From positions 62,001-126,000 of the forward strand of contig NW_003314362.1 of the NCBI RefSeq assembly GCF_000143415.4: a DNA stretch of 64,000 nucleotides, in the 5' to 3' direction. The stretch is from Selaginella moellendorffii (taxonomy: Eukaryota; Plantae; Lycopodiophyta). Both the position numbers and the translations under genes were made by a program. Shown piece after piece: positions 11,165-24,320 of this stretch; positions within the stretch are counted from its first letter, which is position 1, and each line of letters starts with the position of its first letter. Below the pieces are notes generated by a model. It saw only the letters and a program-made list of their open reading frames with translations, was not told the DNA's origin and searched no databases.

Positions 11165-12074
11165 TGTAGTGCACCTTATTTCTCTCCCCTTAAGCCAACT
11201 GGAAAACAATTATAAACACCTTATTTCTCTCCCCTTAAGCCAACTGGAAAAGCAATTACTTGATGAGAGAGCCTTTAGTGGCTATTTATCCCCATTTATC
11301 CCCCAAGGTTCCAAAGATCTACAGTGATAGTATATCCAAATCTCATCCCATGATCAGATGGGCTACACTCACCCCCCCTTCAGAGATGTCAATGTCCTCA
11401 TTGACTATTGATGTGCTATTGACCAACACGTCCATATCCCCATTTATCCCCCAAGGTTCCAAAGATCTACAGTGATAGTATATCCAAATCTCATCCCATG
11501 ATCAGATGGGCTACACTCACCCCCCCTTCAGAGATGTCAATGTCCTCATTGACTATTGATGTGCTATTGACCAACACGTCCATTTCCTTTCATTGTGTAG
11601 ACTAGCTATTCCATGTGAGGGAACTCAATCTACCAATCTTTTCATTGTGTAGACTAGCACGTCCATTTCCTTTCATTGTGTAGACTAGCTATTCCATGTG
11701 AGGGAACTAGTCATCCACCTGTACCGCAGTCCCACGGTGGATACCTTCGTCCGTGGATGCTCCACACAAGAGGAAAGACATATGTATGGATGCCCAATAC
11801 GTACGATTTTAAATTTAGGGGTAGGAATATACCTTGCTCAAGGGTATATTATACTTTTAAGTAACCACTAATCAATGGGAATCGAACCCGTGCCATTTTC
11901 TCTGATACCAACTGTATAGCGCCTTATCTCTCTCCTCTTAAGCCAACTGGAAAAGGGGCAATTGCTTGATAAGAGAGCCTTTAGTGGCTATTTTATCCCC
12001 ATTTATCCCCCAAGGTTCCAAGGATCCATGGTGATAGTATATCCAAATCTCATCCCATGATCACGTGTGCTACA
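11165..12074 (-). mobile_element. Non-autonomous LTR element (TRIM) with internal tandem duplications
   Basis: LTRs 11165-11367 and 11913-12074 (TGTA...TACA). Perfect TSD ATAAT. PBS TGGTATCAGAG on the minus strand (~11900-11910). PPT AGGGGGGGTGAG. No coding capacity. Confidence 0.9.
11285..11583. repeat. ~149-bp direct tandem duplication inside the TRIM
   Basis: TATCCCCATTTATCCCCCAAGG...GACCAACACGTCCA occurs twice back to back and is essentially identical. Confidence 0.9.
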
Positions 12075-15000
12075 ATAATATCATTGGTATTTGGGAAAAC
12101 AAAGTTTATAACAAGTGTAGAGATAGATAATGTATGTGGTATTTTGATAATATCTGGTGGGAGACATGGTAGTTGCAAACTATTACCACCATTGCCAAAT
12201 TTAAGAAGCCATTAAAAAAAAAAAAGATTGCTTGAATTTATATTCTTTATTAGTGTTAGTGTTGTAAAGAATGATTATAGTCTATTCATTTTAACTGAGC
12301 TTGAAATAATAAAAGTTCTATGGCTATAGGGAACAATAGGAAGGGTTTGACGAAAATCACCACTTATAATCATTGTAATGCTTCTAAATGGTTTAGAATT
12401 ACATTTGAGATGCTTTAAACATTTATCAACCACAAAGAAAGCATATGTGTGGACCATATTAATTTTATCCCATATAAGAACATTTGCTTGTTTAATGGTT
12501 TTTCTAGCATCACTATTAATTGTTAAAGCAAAGATAGAAGTTTCATTTAAAGGAATTGGAAGTTTAAAAGTTGTATGTGCCATTTGACTATACTTTAGCA
12601 AAATGCTTGCAATCCCAGTCTATGCCATACTGATTACTTATATTTTTTTAATTGTAATGCTGTAATGATGGTATTAAGTAGAAAAGTTTTCCCAGTACCA
12701 CCAGGTCCATCAATAAAGAAAAATTAATGCTGGTTAGTGTCAATGGCATTTATAATGAGTTAAAAAAATATAACATTATTCATAACTAAATTAATTTATG
12801 TTTGCATTAATTTGGTTTTGTGATGGGCCAGGGATCTCTATATTAAGTATGTGTTTGATAATGGGAGTAAGAGTTGGGAGTGGTAAACCAAATCACAATT
12901 AGATTTATTGTGTAGTTGGAATTTTGACTTAATATCGACTAAAGCAATATGAAAATAATTTATATCATTTTAGCATAATCCTCAGACATATCAATATTGA
13001 ATTGATCCCATAATAGATTTGGATCTTTTGGTGAATAATACAAACAAATAAAAATAAATAATTGTCTTAATTGAGATGGCATTTTAAAAGTAGAAGCTTT
13101 TTGCATGCAATATTGCCATTCTGAATCATCTGCTAAAAGTCCCATTGTTATAATTGCTTGTTTAAAAGAGAAGAATATAACACCTTCGACAGTACGTATA
13201 TCCTCAAATGATATAACATCTTTTTTATGGAGTAATATAAGCCGCAAGTGGTACAACTCACTATTACAAGGAGATATGGAATACATTCTTGGTATGAGTT
13301 TAACTTTTCATTGGCATAATTGTCATTTATAAGAGGATTTATTATATGTGTAATGTAACGGAATTTGACTATATGTATATTGCCTTGCATTAGTATTTTG
13401 CATGTTTAAATTGAACCATTATATAAGCATTATTCCATTTTAAGTGGTTCTTTCTAGTGTTTCTTGTTTATGACCTGATTTGAAATAGATGTTTTGAAAA
13501 TTGGGTAAATGAACTGGAAGGCGTATAATAGTTAATGATTTATCATGCATATAAAACTTAAATATATGCAAAATGGCTTCGGGAGCAGAAATATATCAAA
13601 CATCGACAAAACTTAAGATTTTGTCTCAATTTAAAGTCCCTCGTTCTTCAGATGCAGTTAAGAATTCTAATGTTGCACAGTTATAACCTTTGTATACATA
13701 TTGAAATAAATATTTAATATTTTTAAAAGAAGCCCAAATCTTTATATTGATGTGTGCTTTATATTTCTTACAAAGGTATTTATTATAAGAAACAACCCAT
13801 CTATTGTTAATAGTACAACTAATTTTTATGAAAGTGAATCCATTATTGGGTCAGTAGTAATTAAGATAACTATCAACACAATAAATGGTTTCAATATTAA
13901 ATTCTTTTGGATAATTTTTAGACCATTTGTTATTTTCCATGCAAGGGCTTCCAAGATTTAAATTACCATATGGAACATTTATCATATGATTTATAATTAT
14001 GTTATGCAATTCTGGTTCTAGCAGTGGGTGTGGCAACTGTGCGGTGATAAATTCGTCAATCGAGTCACAGTTTCTTATCTTGTCTTTTCTTGATAACATT
14101 GATTAGAAATGATAATGAGGCAAACCTCTTTTTTTGGAATTCAATAATATAAACATATGTGATGCACTTCCCAAAAATTCCTTTGATACTTATGTCATGT
14201 AGGAATTCTTTCAACTTTAAGTTGAAAACTCTTGAAATAAGATTAGGTTGATCCTCAGGTGATTCATTCAATTGTAAATTTTGCACAATTTCAGGCTACT
14301 TTGGGTTGCATGTAAATGTAATAAATAAATTAGGTTTTTCAAAATGTGTGACAATAGCAATAGCATCTTGATAATGTTGTTGCATTGCTTATAGGCTACC
14401 AAGAAATGTAGAATACAAACTTAAAACGTTTCCAGATTAATCATTATTAATAGTAGCTTTGTTGTTAACATAGTCTATAAGACCTATATAGTAGTCTATT
14501 TTTAAGTGTTTTTGATGAGTGCAAAAGAAATTAAAGTTGTTAGATTCAACCTTTACATAAGCATCAACTATAAATTGTTGAGTGAGTTTCCCAGCATGTA
14601 GCAATTGATCATAAAGGAAAGAGTTGTCAATGCTATCTCATTGAGATAATCGATATGCATAGTACTGAAGTAGTGTTACATGCGACTCATTGTGATAGAT
14701 TTTTTCATGCCAACCTTTATCACCAAATGGTAAAAGTAAATGATAAACCATAAGATCACAATTTTCATTAAGAATAAAGATTTTTGTTGGCTGTGAGTTA
14801 TATGGATATATGCATATTTCTCTGTCAAGAGATGGCTCACCCTTATCAATACCGGAAATAATAGCAACATCATTAGTCTGTGGCAAGTTATAATGATGTA
14901 GATTAGTACTTTCACTTTTAATAATCATGTAAACACCACATTTCAAAGTTCCATTGCAAATTGACTGATGTTATTCTTGTGATTCAAGATTATACATCAT

Positions 15001-16259
15001 TTGAAAAGCTTGTGCATATGGGTTTATTATTCTTAGCAAGTTATCTAATTGTAATAATAAAATAGGATCACAATTTGTGTTGAATGGGTTTTGCTTTCTA
15101 ATATTTGTAGCCTCAAATGCATCAAACATGTAAAGTTATCTATATGATGGTGGCACGTTAGCAGCAGGATATGCTGAAGCAATATTGTGATAAATTTGAC
15201 CATGTATTCTAAAGCAATATGGGCCTTTACCACTTAAATTATCAATATTAGCACCCATTGATGCAAAAGCCAAAGCACTATTGAAATTTAAGGTTTATAT
15301 TTGTATGACCTTCATCAGCATATGCTATGTTTGTATTAGCATTGTCAAGATCTGAAGTAATTTTTGCATTAGCATGTTCAAGGTCTAGATTAGTTTCTTC
15401 AATAGCATATGCAAGGTTGTTGTGAATATGAATATATGTGCTAGTGTCAATAGTTGGAGGCAAATGGTGACATATGCCTCTTAATACTTTGCAAAGCCGA
15501 GGCATATTTGCTAGGGATGATAAATGAGATGAAATAACCTATCTAGTGCAAATTTAAACTTAAAAGGCAAGAAGTAGATGCGAGCAATGCATCAATTTAA
15601 AAGAAAGTCAAAGCACTTATCTCAAAGATTCTAAGTAAAAGCCAGAACTCACTTTCTTACACTGCAAAATTTTATTTTTTTAAACAAAAATTGAAGACTA
15701 TACAATGAGAGCACAATCTGTACACACCTTAATCTATAAACAAAAGAGACTAATCTAACAACCAATAAAACCTAGACACAGGACTGGCACACCTTTTTCA
15801 GGGCATGGTGAGCAACCGTGAGAGGTGGGTGGGGTTTGCAAGTTCAAGAACTCACCTTGGGCTTGTTCTCTTTTGCAAAAGGACAGGGACTGCAAACTCT
15901 CTAATGGTTCTAGCCGTGAAGGCCGGCTCTGGCTCCAGCTCTGCCACTGGATGGCATCCACAAACCCAAATGAAGACGTCTCAAACTTTCACAGCACACA
16001 AAAATCCAGATTGTTGGGGTTGGCAGCCAAATTAGCGGCTGTCGGCCTGACATTGAACACGGACCTCTGCGGGAAGAAGCACAATTACTGCAATTGCCAT
16101 TGGTCCAACAAGCAAGCGTTAGCTCAATTGCGGTAGGGCATCTAGGGCAAGCTAAAAAGAACGGGCATGGGGCAGGATACCATTGGTGACACATGTCAGA
16201 TGCCTGTTTTGCCTCGCTTGGAGCCAATGAGCACCGGAGCTGTGGTGGCTCTCTCACAC

Positions 16260-16606
16260 TTACGCACTTTTAAAAGCCTGAAACGCAGCTCCAAGGAAGC
16301 ACGCATATGTCGTTCCGCTGTCCAGAACAGTGCCATACTTGCCATCAAAAACTTCAGGCTTTAAGTGCAACGGGCTACCATCAACACGAATTTTTTTGAG
16401 CATCAAGTTGTAAGAAGGACTGGAAAAAAAGATGTCAACTCTAATAAAGTCAGAAAGAATGAAAGAATACCTGCGATAGGGATCAGATGATGTAAAAACC
16501 ATGTCTTTTGGAGGCTGAAAACCATCAAGTATCATCGCACCACCCCCCTCATCCATCCCTCCATAACAAAGAGAGAAAACGTCCTCCATGGCATTCTTCT
16601 CAACAC
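16260..16606 (-). pseudogene. Captured aspartic protease (pepsin-like A1) fragment with one intron
   Basis: EDVFSLCYGGMDEGGGAMIL..DMVFTSSDPYR | SPSYNLMLKKIRVDG..VFDGKYGTVLDSGTTYA (second catalytic DSG motif). A short GT-AG intron lies at ~16422-16471. No N-terminal half. Confidence 0.85.
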
Positions 16607-17891
16607 CTCTGTCATCGCTGGTGGAGGTGCCGCTGCTGCCGCTGGGGGCTCGGGAGGAGTGCTCACATCCTGCAGTGGATCTAAAGCCCGTGGGTCCAGA
16701 TCTGCTGCTGGCACCTGTTCCCACCAGGATTGGGAGCCTTCATTGGCCATTTACTCACTCTCCTCTAGAGCTATGCCCTTTCCCTAAAGCAGCGGTGGAG
16801 ATCCTCCATGCCGGTTTTGATGGTGGCGAGATTGTAGAAAGGCATCCCATCAAGCTTTGGATCTGCTGCTGGTGCCTGTTCCTGTGGGGATTGCTGTGGC
16901 GATTAAGTGGGAGATCTCTGAGTGGAAGATCTCTGCCTAGGAGATCCGGGAGCCACAGTTTCACTGGCCATTTACTCAAGCACATCGCTCTCTTGCCCTT
17001 TCCCTGGGGGTGATTTCTGCAGGAAAATTTAAAAGATCTCAACAAAAAAAGTTTGGATGGTGATAGGAAAGACACAGTCTAGTCAACACATTGCATGTGA
17101 CATGCGTCGCTGTGCCTTCTTCTCCCACCCCACGTAGCTTGGCCGCTTCCTATTGGCCAATAGCAAACATCAGAAAATTTTCTTGTGCAACCATGGCTAC
17201 CAATCCTAGCCCGGGCCTGGGATCCAACAGCCAGTGGCCACCTTACTATCGCTTTATATGTATGTATATATATATATATATATAGCAATCGCCTAGCAAA
17301 TGTTGGGTGGTTGGCAAATTTGATGTTATTTCAAGAGGTTTGCTGAGTTTAGCTATATTTGGTCAACTCCACAATTGAAAAACATTCTTCTGAAATATGA
17401 ATATTTTAACCATAAGTTAGTGTATGTTAAGGTGCTAGACATTTCAAAAAAACTAAGTTGTGGTGACTATGGTTATTGCTCAGCTCCTGTATCATGCACC
17501 ACAAGTTAGCTACAATCATAAAATAGTAATGCATTTACCATACTTGATTGTTGTCTAAACTCCTCAAATCCAGATTTCCTATGATCTTAACAGGATAGAG
17601 GATGAAGGAAGGCGACTATGTAACAGATGATGCAAGCTATGCTGCTGCTTTCAAGGGTCTAGTGGGTGAAGAAGAAGGCAAGGAGCTCAATAGGAAGCTC
17701 ATTAAAGTTTTGAAGAATACAATGACACTTGGGCCATGAGAGGTGGATGGGGTTTGCAAGCTATGGGTTCAAGAACTCACCTTGGGCTTGTTCTCTCTCA
17801 CAGAAGAACAAGGATTGCAAACTCTTTGATGGTTCTAGCTGCATTGAAGGCTAGTTTTGGCTCCAGCTTTGCCACTCGATGGCTTCCACAA

Positions 17892-18810
17892 TGTCGCGAA
17901 TGTGACTTCGGGTATCGAAAGATACTTGTCGACCAGTCCTTACGGGCACTCTTTCCTTATTGCCATGACGGCAGGAGGTCGGTACTGCTGGTTCCCTTCA
18001 ATAGCCCTTCTTGTCCAAGTGTTAATTTACTGGGCTTAGCATTTGTATTTAGCCAGATGGACATAAAGTAGGAACTCCTATGTGTTTTTAGCTGAGCATT
18101 CTCGGCCTGGCTCTTAGTTCTCTTTTGCTCTGTCTTGCACTGGCTTGGCAAGACCCCTCGCATATTGAGACTAGTCCCTCAATATCATTGGATGATAGCT
18201 TACCGTGTTTGCCAAACACCCTCGCTATCACGCCTTTTGTGTTGGTCTCATTTCGGTCCCAAATGTTATTTATGGAAAGTATCTAGATTAGCTCATTTGG
18301 CATATCTATGGAATGTAGAGATCAGCCTGAACACAATGGTGTTCGTCCCGTGTCTAAATTCACAATCTAAGGACATTCTATATTTAGTAAATTTCGAGCT
18401 TGTCCCAGAGACTAACTCCTGGTACTAAGGGAGGCTTGGGGTGAAAGCCCAAAGCGTGTGTTCCTCAAGGGGGGGGGGGGGCTATGGGGGCTTCCAAATG
18501 TATAGTAGGGATAGTGGTTGGAATGCATGTCCGACCACCTGAGACATTAATTTGGCTCCCACTGGGCTGTGTCACTCTTTGTTCTGCATCCGGCTTGGGT
18601 TTAAGCCCAAGCTCCACGCTGCTCTAGTCGGTGGAGTACCCTCCTCCTCGCGTTAGGCCACCGGTATGCCAAAATTGTGCCAGACTCTGTCTGACACCAT
18701 TTTGCATGTAGGTGCTAGATACGGGGAGTTGGTGCTCGTGGGATTGTACCGGACCCTCGTTTCGTAGCGCAATGGGCTTGGAGTTTGGCTCCAAATTCAG
18801 GTGCATTACA
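17892..18810 (+). repeat. 5' LTR of gypsy element
   Basis: 919-bp direct repeat of 24321-25236, starts TG and ends CA, followed by the PBS. Confidence 0.95.
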
Positions 18811-18932
18811 TTTGGTATTAGAGGAATTGTCTCAGCGATTCCTATCCAACTTTTGTCGGATTTTTTAACTCAAGTTGCATACGCAGAGATTTTTCTAGTA
18901 GATCCGAAGCGACCTGTGTAGGATTAGTTGGA

Positions 18933-21900
18933 ATGCACCATTCGGTAAGAACATTCTATGCATGTTCAGTTACTGATAGAGGCATGCATGTAGCTAGTGG
19001 GATGGTGAAATGGAACCATGCTAATGATGCTGAAACCTCTAGATGGGCAAATCAAGAGGGGGAAACTCTTGCTAGAGATGCTGCGGAAGAGGTAGAGGCC
19101 GAGTCAGAAGAGGAAGAGCCGGATGCTGTGGCATTGCAACGTACAGCTCAGGAAGTCGAGATCAAGAATTTGCGAAGAGAGATTTGCAAATTGAAGAAGG
19201 AGAACAAGAAGAGGAAGAAAGAGGCTGAAGCAGCTAAATCAACTAAGCCTAAGCAACCAGACTCCTCTTCGAGTTCTGAGGACGATGAATTTCTACAGCC
19301 GCCCCCAGTTGCACAAGTTTCAAAGTTCAAGCCCCCGAAACCACCCAACTTTAGAGGCATGCGGGACTATCAGGTTTTGGAAGACTGGGTCTACGATATA
19401 GAAAACTATTTCATAGCGGCAGACGTAGATGATCGTACGAAAGTTGCGTGCACGCAATCCTTTCTCACTGATCATGCCAAAACTTGGTAGCACTAAGTGT
19501 GTGCTGAAAAAGGGCAGACTAGAAGTTGGACCAAGATGCAGTCTCGTATCCATAAGGAATACTTGCCGGATGATCTTGGTCTAAGACTTTGCGTGGAGCT
19601 GCGGTGGTTAAAGCAGCGAGGGGATCTCATGCATTACGTTAATGCGTTTGCTCAGAAGCGCATTATGATTGCAAATATGAGTGACGAAAATGCACAGAGT
19701 TATTTCCTGGAGGGTTTAAGTTCACTTTCTCGTAATGAGATTTTGAAGTTTAAGCCAAAGACGTACCTGGAGTGTAAGGAGGCAGCGCAGCAAGTTGCCT
19801 TTAGTCACTCGCTCATAGAACAATATTAGCAATCGTATGCTGGTAACTCGGATAAGAATAAAAATTCTGGGAATAAACAAGGTGATCGGAAACAGAGGCA
19901 GGTTCTGCTCTGGAGGCTCACAAGCAACAGTTAACAAAGGTGGCGGTGGTTGGAGACCACCAGCAGCTTCTTCTAGTCCTAGGCCCTCTATTCCTCCTCC
20001 TAGTGGGTACAAGTAGCAGCAACCTGCAAAACCTGCTCCTAGCGGAATGGGTAGTGTGGGTCATTGCTTCCATTGTGGAGTGTCGGGACATAGGTCCTCG
20101 AAATGTCCCAACAAGCATAAGACAAAGTCTCGAGTTAATATCATGAGGGAAGACGGTGGTGGTGAAGCTGAAGGGGTTGACGAGTTGGTCAATGCAGACT
20201 ATGAAGAAAAAGAGGTGAGTAACTATCGTTGCTTTCCTCAAGTTTTTCTTGTAGTCAATGCAAATATTGATTCGTTGATGTATCTAGTAGGCTTTGTCCG
20301 TGGGCACTAAATCCGAGTGATGATTGACACGGGAGCTACGCACAGCATGATATCTGAAGACTTAGTTAAGTTGTTAGGATTAAATGCTGAGCAAATGTCA
20401 CCTATGCACTTCCGGTTTGCGGAAGGTGGGCAAGTAGCTAGAAAGTTTGTGAGTGATGTTCCAATAAAGATATCCAAGTGGAAAGAAAAAGTGGACTTGG
20501 TAGTGTTGAAGATACCAGATTTTCAAATGGTGTTTGGTATGGACTTCTTCAACAAATATATAAGTGGGATTTATGGTGCTGGACAAAGTTGTATCATATT
20601 AAAGTCAGAAGGACGTCCCGATGTGTCTTTCCAGTTGCAAAAGCATTCCTTAAAAGATTGGGATGGAAAGTTCTTAATTGCGAGGGCCGCTCAAAAAGCA
20701 GCTAAGAGGGGATGTCGAACCTTTTGGGTTCAAGTGATGGAAGCTGAGGGTGTGGGTGACTCAATTTGAATTGGTGATGGGGTTGATTATGTACCAAAGA
20801 AGATATTGGAGTTGTTGGCGATGAATCAGGATATCTTTCCGAAGGATTTGCCACCAGAGCTACCTCCTAGCCATGAGATTGATCATCAGATTGAGGTTAT
20901 TCCGGGTTCTAAACCACCTACAAAAGCTCCATATCGGTTGAACATCAAGGACATGGCTAAACTCAAGAAGCAACTCACGAAGCTTCTTGACAAAGGTTAT
21001 ATCCGACTAAGCAAGTCACCTTATGGAGTGCCGGTCCTTTTCGTTATGAAAAAAGATGGAACCATGAGGATGTGTATTGACTATCGAGCACTCAACAAGA
21101 TCAAGGTCAAAAATAGTTATCCTTTGCCTTGCATTGATGACTTGTTCGACCAACTTTTAAAGGCTAAGTATTTTACACGACTTGATTTGCGGTCCGGGTA
21201 TCATCAGATACAGGTGGCAGATCAGGATATGGAGAAGACAGCCTTTAAGACTCGGTACGGATTTTATGAGTTCCTTGTCATGCTGTTTGGGTTATGCAAT
21301 GCTCCGGCAACGTTCAGCACTATGATGGATAGAATATTCGGAGATTATCTGGACACATTTGTTGTTCTATATATCGACGATGTTCTAGTCTTCAGTGAAA
21401 CGTTGGAGGATCATTTGAAACACTTGGAGCTAGTGTTTCAGAAATTGCGCGAACACAAGCTGTATGTTAAGGAAAGTAAATGCGCTTTTGGTCAATTGCA
21501 TGTAAACTTTCTCGGACATATAGTTGGTGGTGGCATGATTGAAGTCAATCCAAAGAAGGTGGAAGCAGTGAAGTTCTGGGAAGTCCCGACCACTGTATCA
21601 GATGTTCGTTCTTTTCTCGGTTTGGCGGGATACTATTGCAAGTTTGTCCACAATTTTGCAAGAATTGCTCTTCTGTTGATTGAGTTGACGAAGAGTAGTA
21701 TTTCGTTTCATTGGACACCAGCTTGTCAACGTGCTTTTGTATGGTTGAAGGAAATCTTGACTACGGTTCCTGTTCTCAGGATCCCAGATCTTGATAAACC
21801 CTTCGAAGTGCATTGTGATGCGTCTGGCTATGCTATTGGTGCCGTGTTGCAGCAAGATTGTGACAAAGCGGTTGGTGTTACGCTAAGGCGACATGGTTGT

Positions 21901-23718
21901 CCCGTTGCGTTCTATTCCAAGAAATTGGATGAGACCCAATGAAAATGGCCAACGCATAAGAAAGAGATATTTGCTATAGTGTCAGCCCTGGAACACTGGA
22001 GACACTACTTGGGTGGACATACCAAGGTTTATACGGATAGTAACACACTAAGTTACTTTGCTACACAGCCTAAGCTTATGCCGAAGCAGGCTCATTGGCA
22101 AGAGAAGCTTGCTAGATATGATATTGAAATCATATATAAACCTAGTAAAGACAATATTGTTCCGGATGCATTGAGTCGTTAAGCTCAATTCCGGGCAATA
22201 TCGGCAATCAGTTCGGACTGGTTGGAGGACGTTTGGGCTTCATATGGAAGTGATCCATTGGCGAAGGCAATCTTATGCCATGCGGGGTTGTTGAAGCAGA
22301 GCCTTGGTAGTGAAGCAGCAAAAGTTGCTAGTCGCACTAATGCGAAGCTTCACTTCTCAATTTGGGATGGGCTTATATTCTATAAGCAAGAAAGATTGTA
22401 TCTTCCCTCTAAGGATCTTCAGCAGTTATTTCTGCGGGAACATCATGATATTCTAGCAGCGGGACATGGTGGACAGTGAAAGACTCTGGCTTCGTTGAAA
22501 AAGGGATTTTTCTAGTCTGGTATGGAAGGTGATGTAGCAGACTATGTCCATTCTTGCCCTATATGCTAGCAATGTAAGTGCAAAGCTGAGAAGCAGGCTG
22601 GAAAGTTGCAGTGTATTCCAGCACCAGCATGGCCATTTCAGAGTGTGACACTTGATTTCGTCACTTGCTTGCCGAAGTCTAAGGGTCATGATACTTTGAT
22701 AGTGGTTGTGGATCGGTTATCGAAGATTGCACACTTCATTCCAATTGTGGGAACAGTGAATGCGAAACAAGTAGCAAAGTTCTTTTTCCATGAAGTAGTG
22801 CGAGTTCGTGGTCCTCCTGAAGAGATGATCTCAGATAGAGATTCAAGGTTTACAGGGAAGTTTTGGGGCACACTGTTCCAGTTGTTCAGTACCAAGTTGA
22901 AGTTTAGTACGGCTTATCATCCTCAAACTGATGGGAAAACCGAACGTGTGAATGCTCAAATTGAGGATTATCTGCGGTACTATGTTGCGGCGGACCAACG
23001 CGACTGGGTTGAGCATTTGGATACAACAGAAATATGTTATAACAACACATTTCACAGCACTATTGATTGTTCTCCATGGGAGATGCTGCAAGGAAATGCT
23101 CGTGGGGTTTCTCAACAGATTGTTGTACCAAAACCAATGTCCGAAATGTTGGTCCCGGCCGTTGAGACTTATGCGGAGTAGCTATGCCAAGGTTGGTCTA
23201 GAGCTACTAAGGCGATGGGCAAAGCTCAGGATAGGTATCGATGTGATAAGGATCAGCATCGTCAGGATGTATCCTATGAAGTGGGAGATCAGGTGTGGCT
23301 ATCTTTCCGAAACTTGAACATTAAGGGTTCTCTGTCTCGGAAGCTCTTGCCGAGATATATTGGACCCTATCGGGTGTTAAAACGCATTGGTGATGTATCC
23401 TATAAGTTGGATCTTTTGGATGAGTTATCTTAGCTACATGATGTGTTTCATGTCAGTTTACTGGCACCATATCTTGCTGCTGTGGAATGCTCTACGGATA
23501 TGCGTCCTCCGCTAGTAATTGTGGATGGTGAACCTAAGTATGAAGCTGAATCTATCTTGGATTCTTGGTTTTGGAGACGGGCTCATGCAAAGGAATATCT
23601 AGTTAAGTGGAAAGGTTACTCGACTTATGAATCAACTTGGGAACCTCTTAGGAATCTTACACATGCTTGTGAGCTTGTCACGGAGTATGAGAATAGTAAT
23701 AAAGACCAGTTTTTGTAA
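18933..23718 (+). pseudogene. gag-pol polyprotein (Gag, zinc knuckle, protease, RT, RNase H, integrase, chromodomain) with in-frame stops
   Basis: CFHCGVSGHRSSKC; DTGATHS; [23 protein letters not shown]; [12 protein letters not shown]; TAYHPQTDGKTERVN; GPY motif; chromodomain YEAESILD..EYLVKWKGYSTYESTWEP. Confidence 0.95.
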
Positions 23719-24320
23719 AAACCTTGTCATAAATTTTGCAAATCAATAAAGTAATATATTTCTATCAAACAAAGTGTCGTTTCTTTCGTTCGTTCGTACT
23801 TAGGTCAGTTTTGCCAGGCTGACTTCGGCACTTCGGTGCATAGGTCCAATCCATAACCATGGGGATAACTATTATAGACTGATCGCAAGTCCCCACCTCT
23901 CTCTTGGTGACTCATTTTTGAAAAAGGGGCGTGGTCGTGTAAACAACTTAATCTGCCAGTTTATAATAGTTCTCTAAATCTTCCCGACGGGGTTGATTTC
24001 TTGCTTAGGGGAAGTTGGGCCTCTGGCCTTCTCCCTATGTCCCTGCGGGCAGGGATGTATCATTCCTTTGTAAGCCGAGTGGTACTCGGAGCAGCAAGGG
24101 TGGCTAACTCCGTTAGTCATTTCCTTGTCGGCGACGGCCGGAGGGTGTCTGAGTCTTAACGTCTTTGGACGTAGAGGAGAGGTCATTCCATCACTCATTT
24201 AAGTCGGTGTGTTTCCCACATAGTGTGCTTTCCATTAACTTTCGGAGTTGTTTCCTTGATGGTTTGGTAAACTCGAGTATGCATCGACGGGGACGTTGAT
24301 CTTCCCCAAGGGGGGGAGAT

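Larger units (their letters stand above)
9915..15300 (-). pseudogene. Helitron RepHel (HUH Rep + PIF1 helicase), disrupted
   Basis: SALAFASMGANID..GPYCFRIHGQIYH; LLQYYAYRL; LISRVFNLKLKEFL..YIIEFQK; ELYHLRLILLH..SFEDIRTVEG; DGPGGTGKTFLL; GDFRQTLPIV; GLPPHKLILK; KAQGQTF..GIYLPQLVFTHDQLYVAL. Confidence 0.9.
9410..17285 (-). mobile_element. Helitron H2 (decayed autonomous type, with nested TRIMs and captured fragments)
   Basis: 3' CTAG at 9410-9413 with subterminal GGTGGTTGGCAAATTTGATGCC, shared with 17293 and 32552. RepHel lies at 9915-15300. A 5'-terminal repeat ends in (TA)n at ~17285. Confidence 0.75.

Noticed and set aside
11165-11710. CRISPR-like repeat array
   Set aside because: Eukaryotic context, and the repeats are tandem duplications without unique spacers.
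18135-18428. 97-aa ORF present in both LTRs
   Set aside because: It recurs only because the LTR is duplicated; non-ATG start and no recognisable domain.
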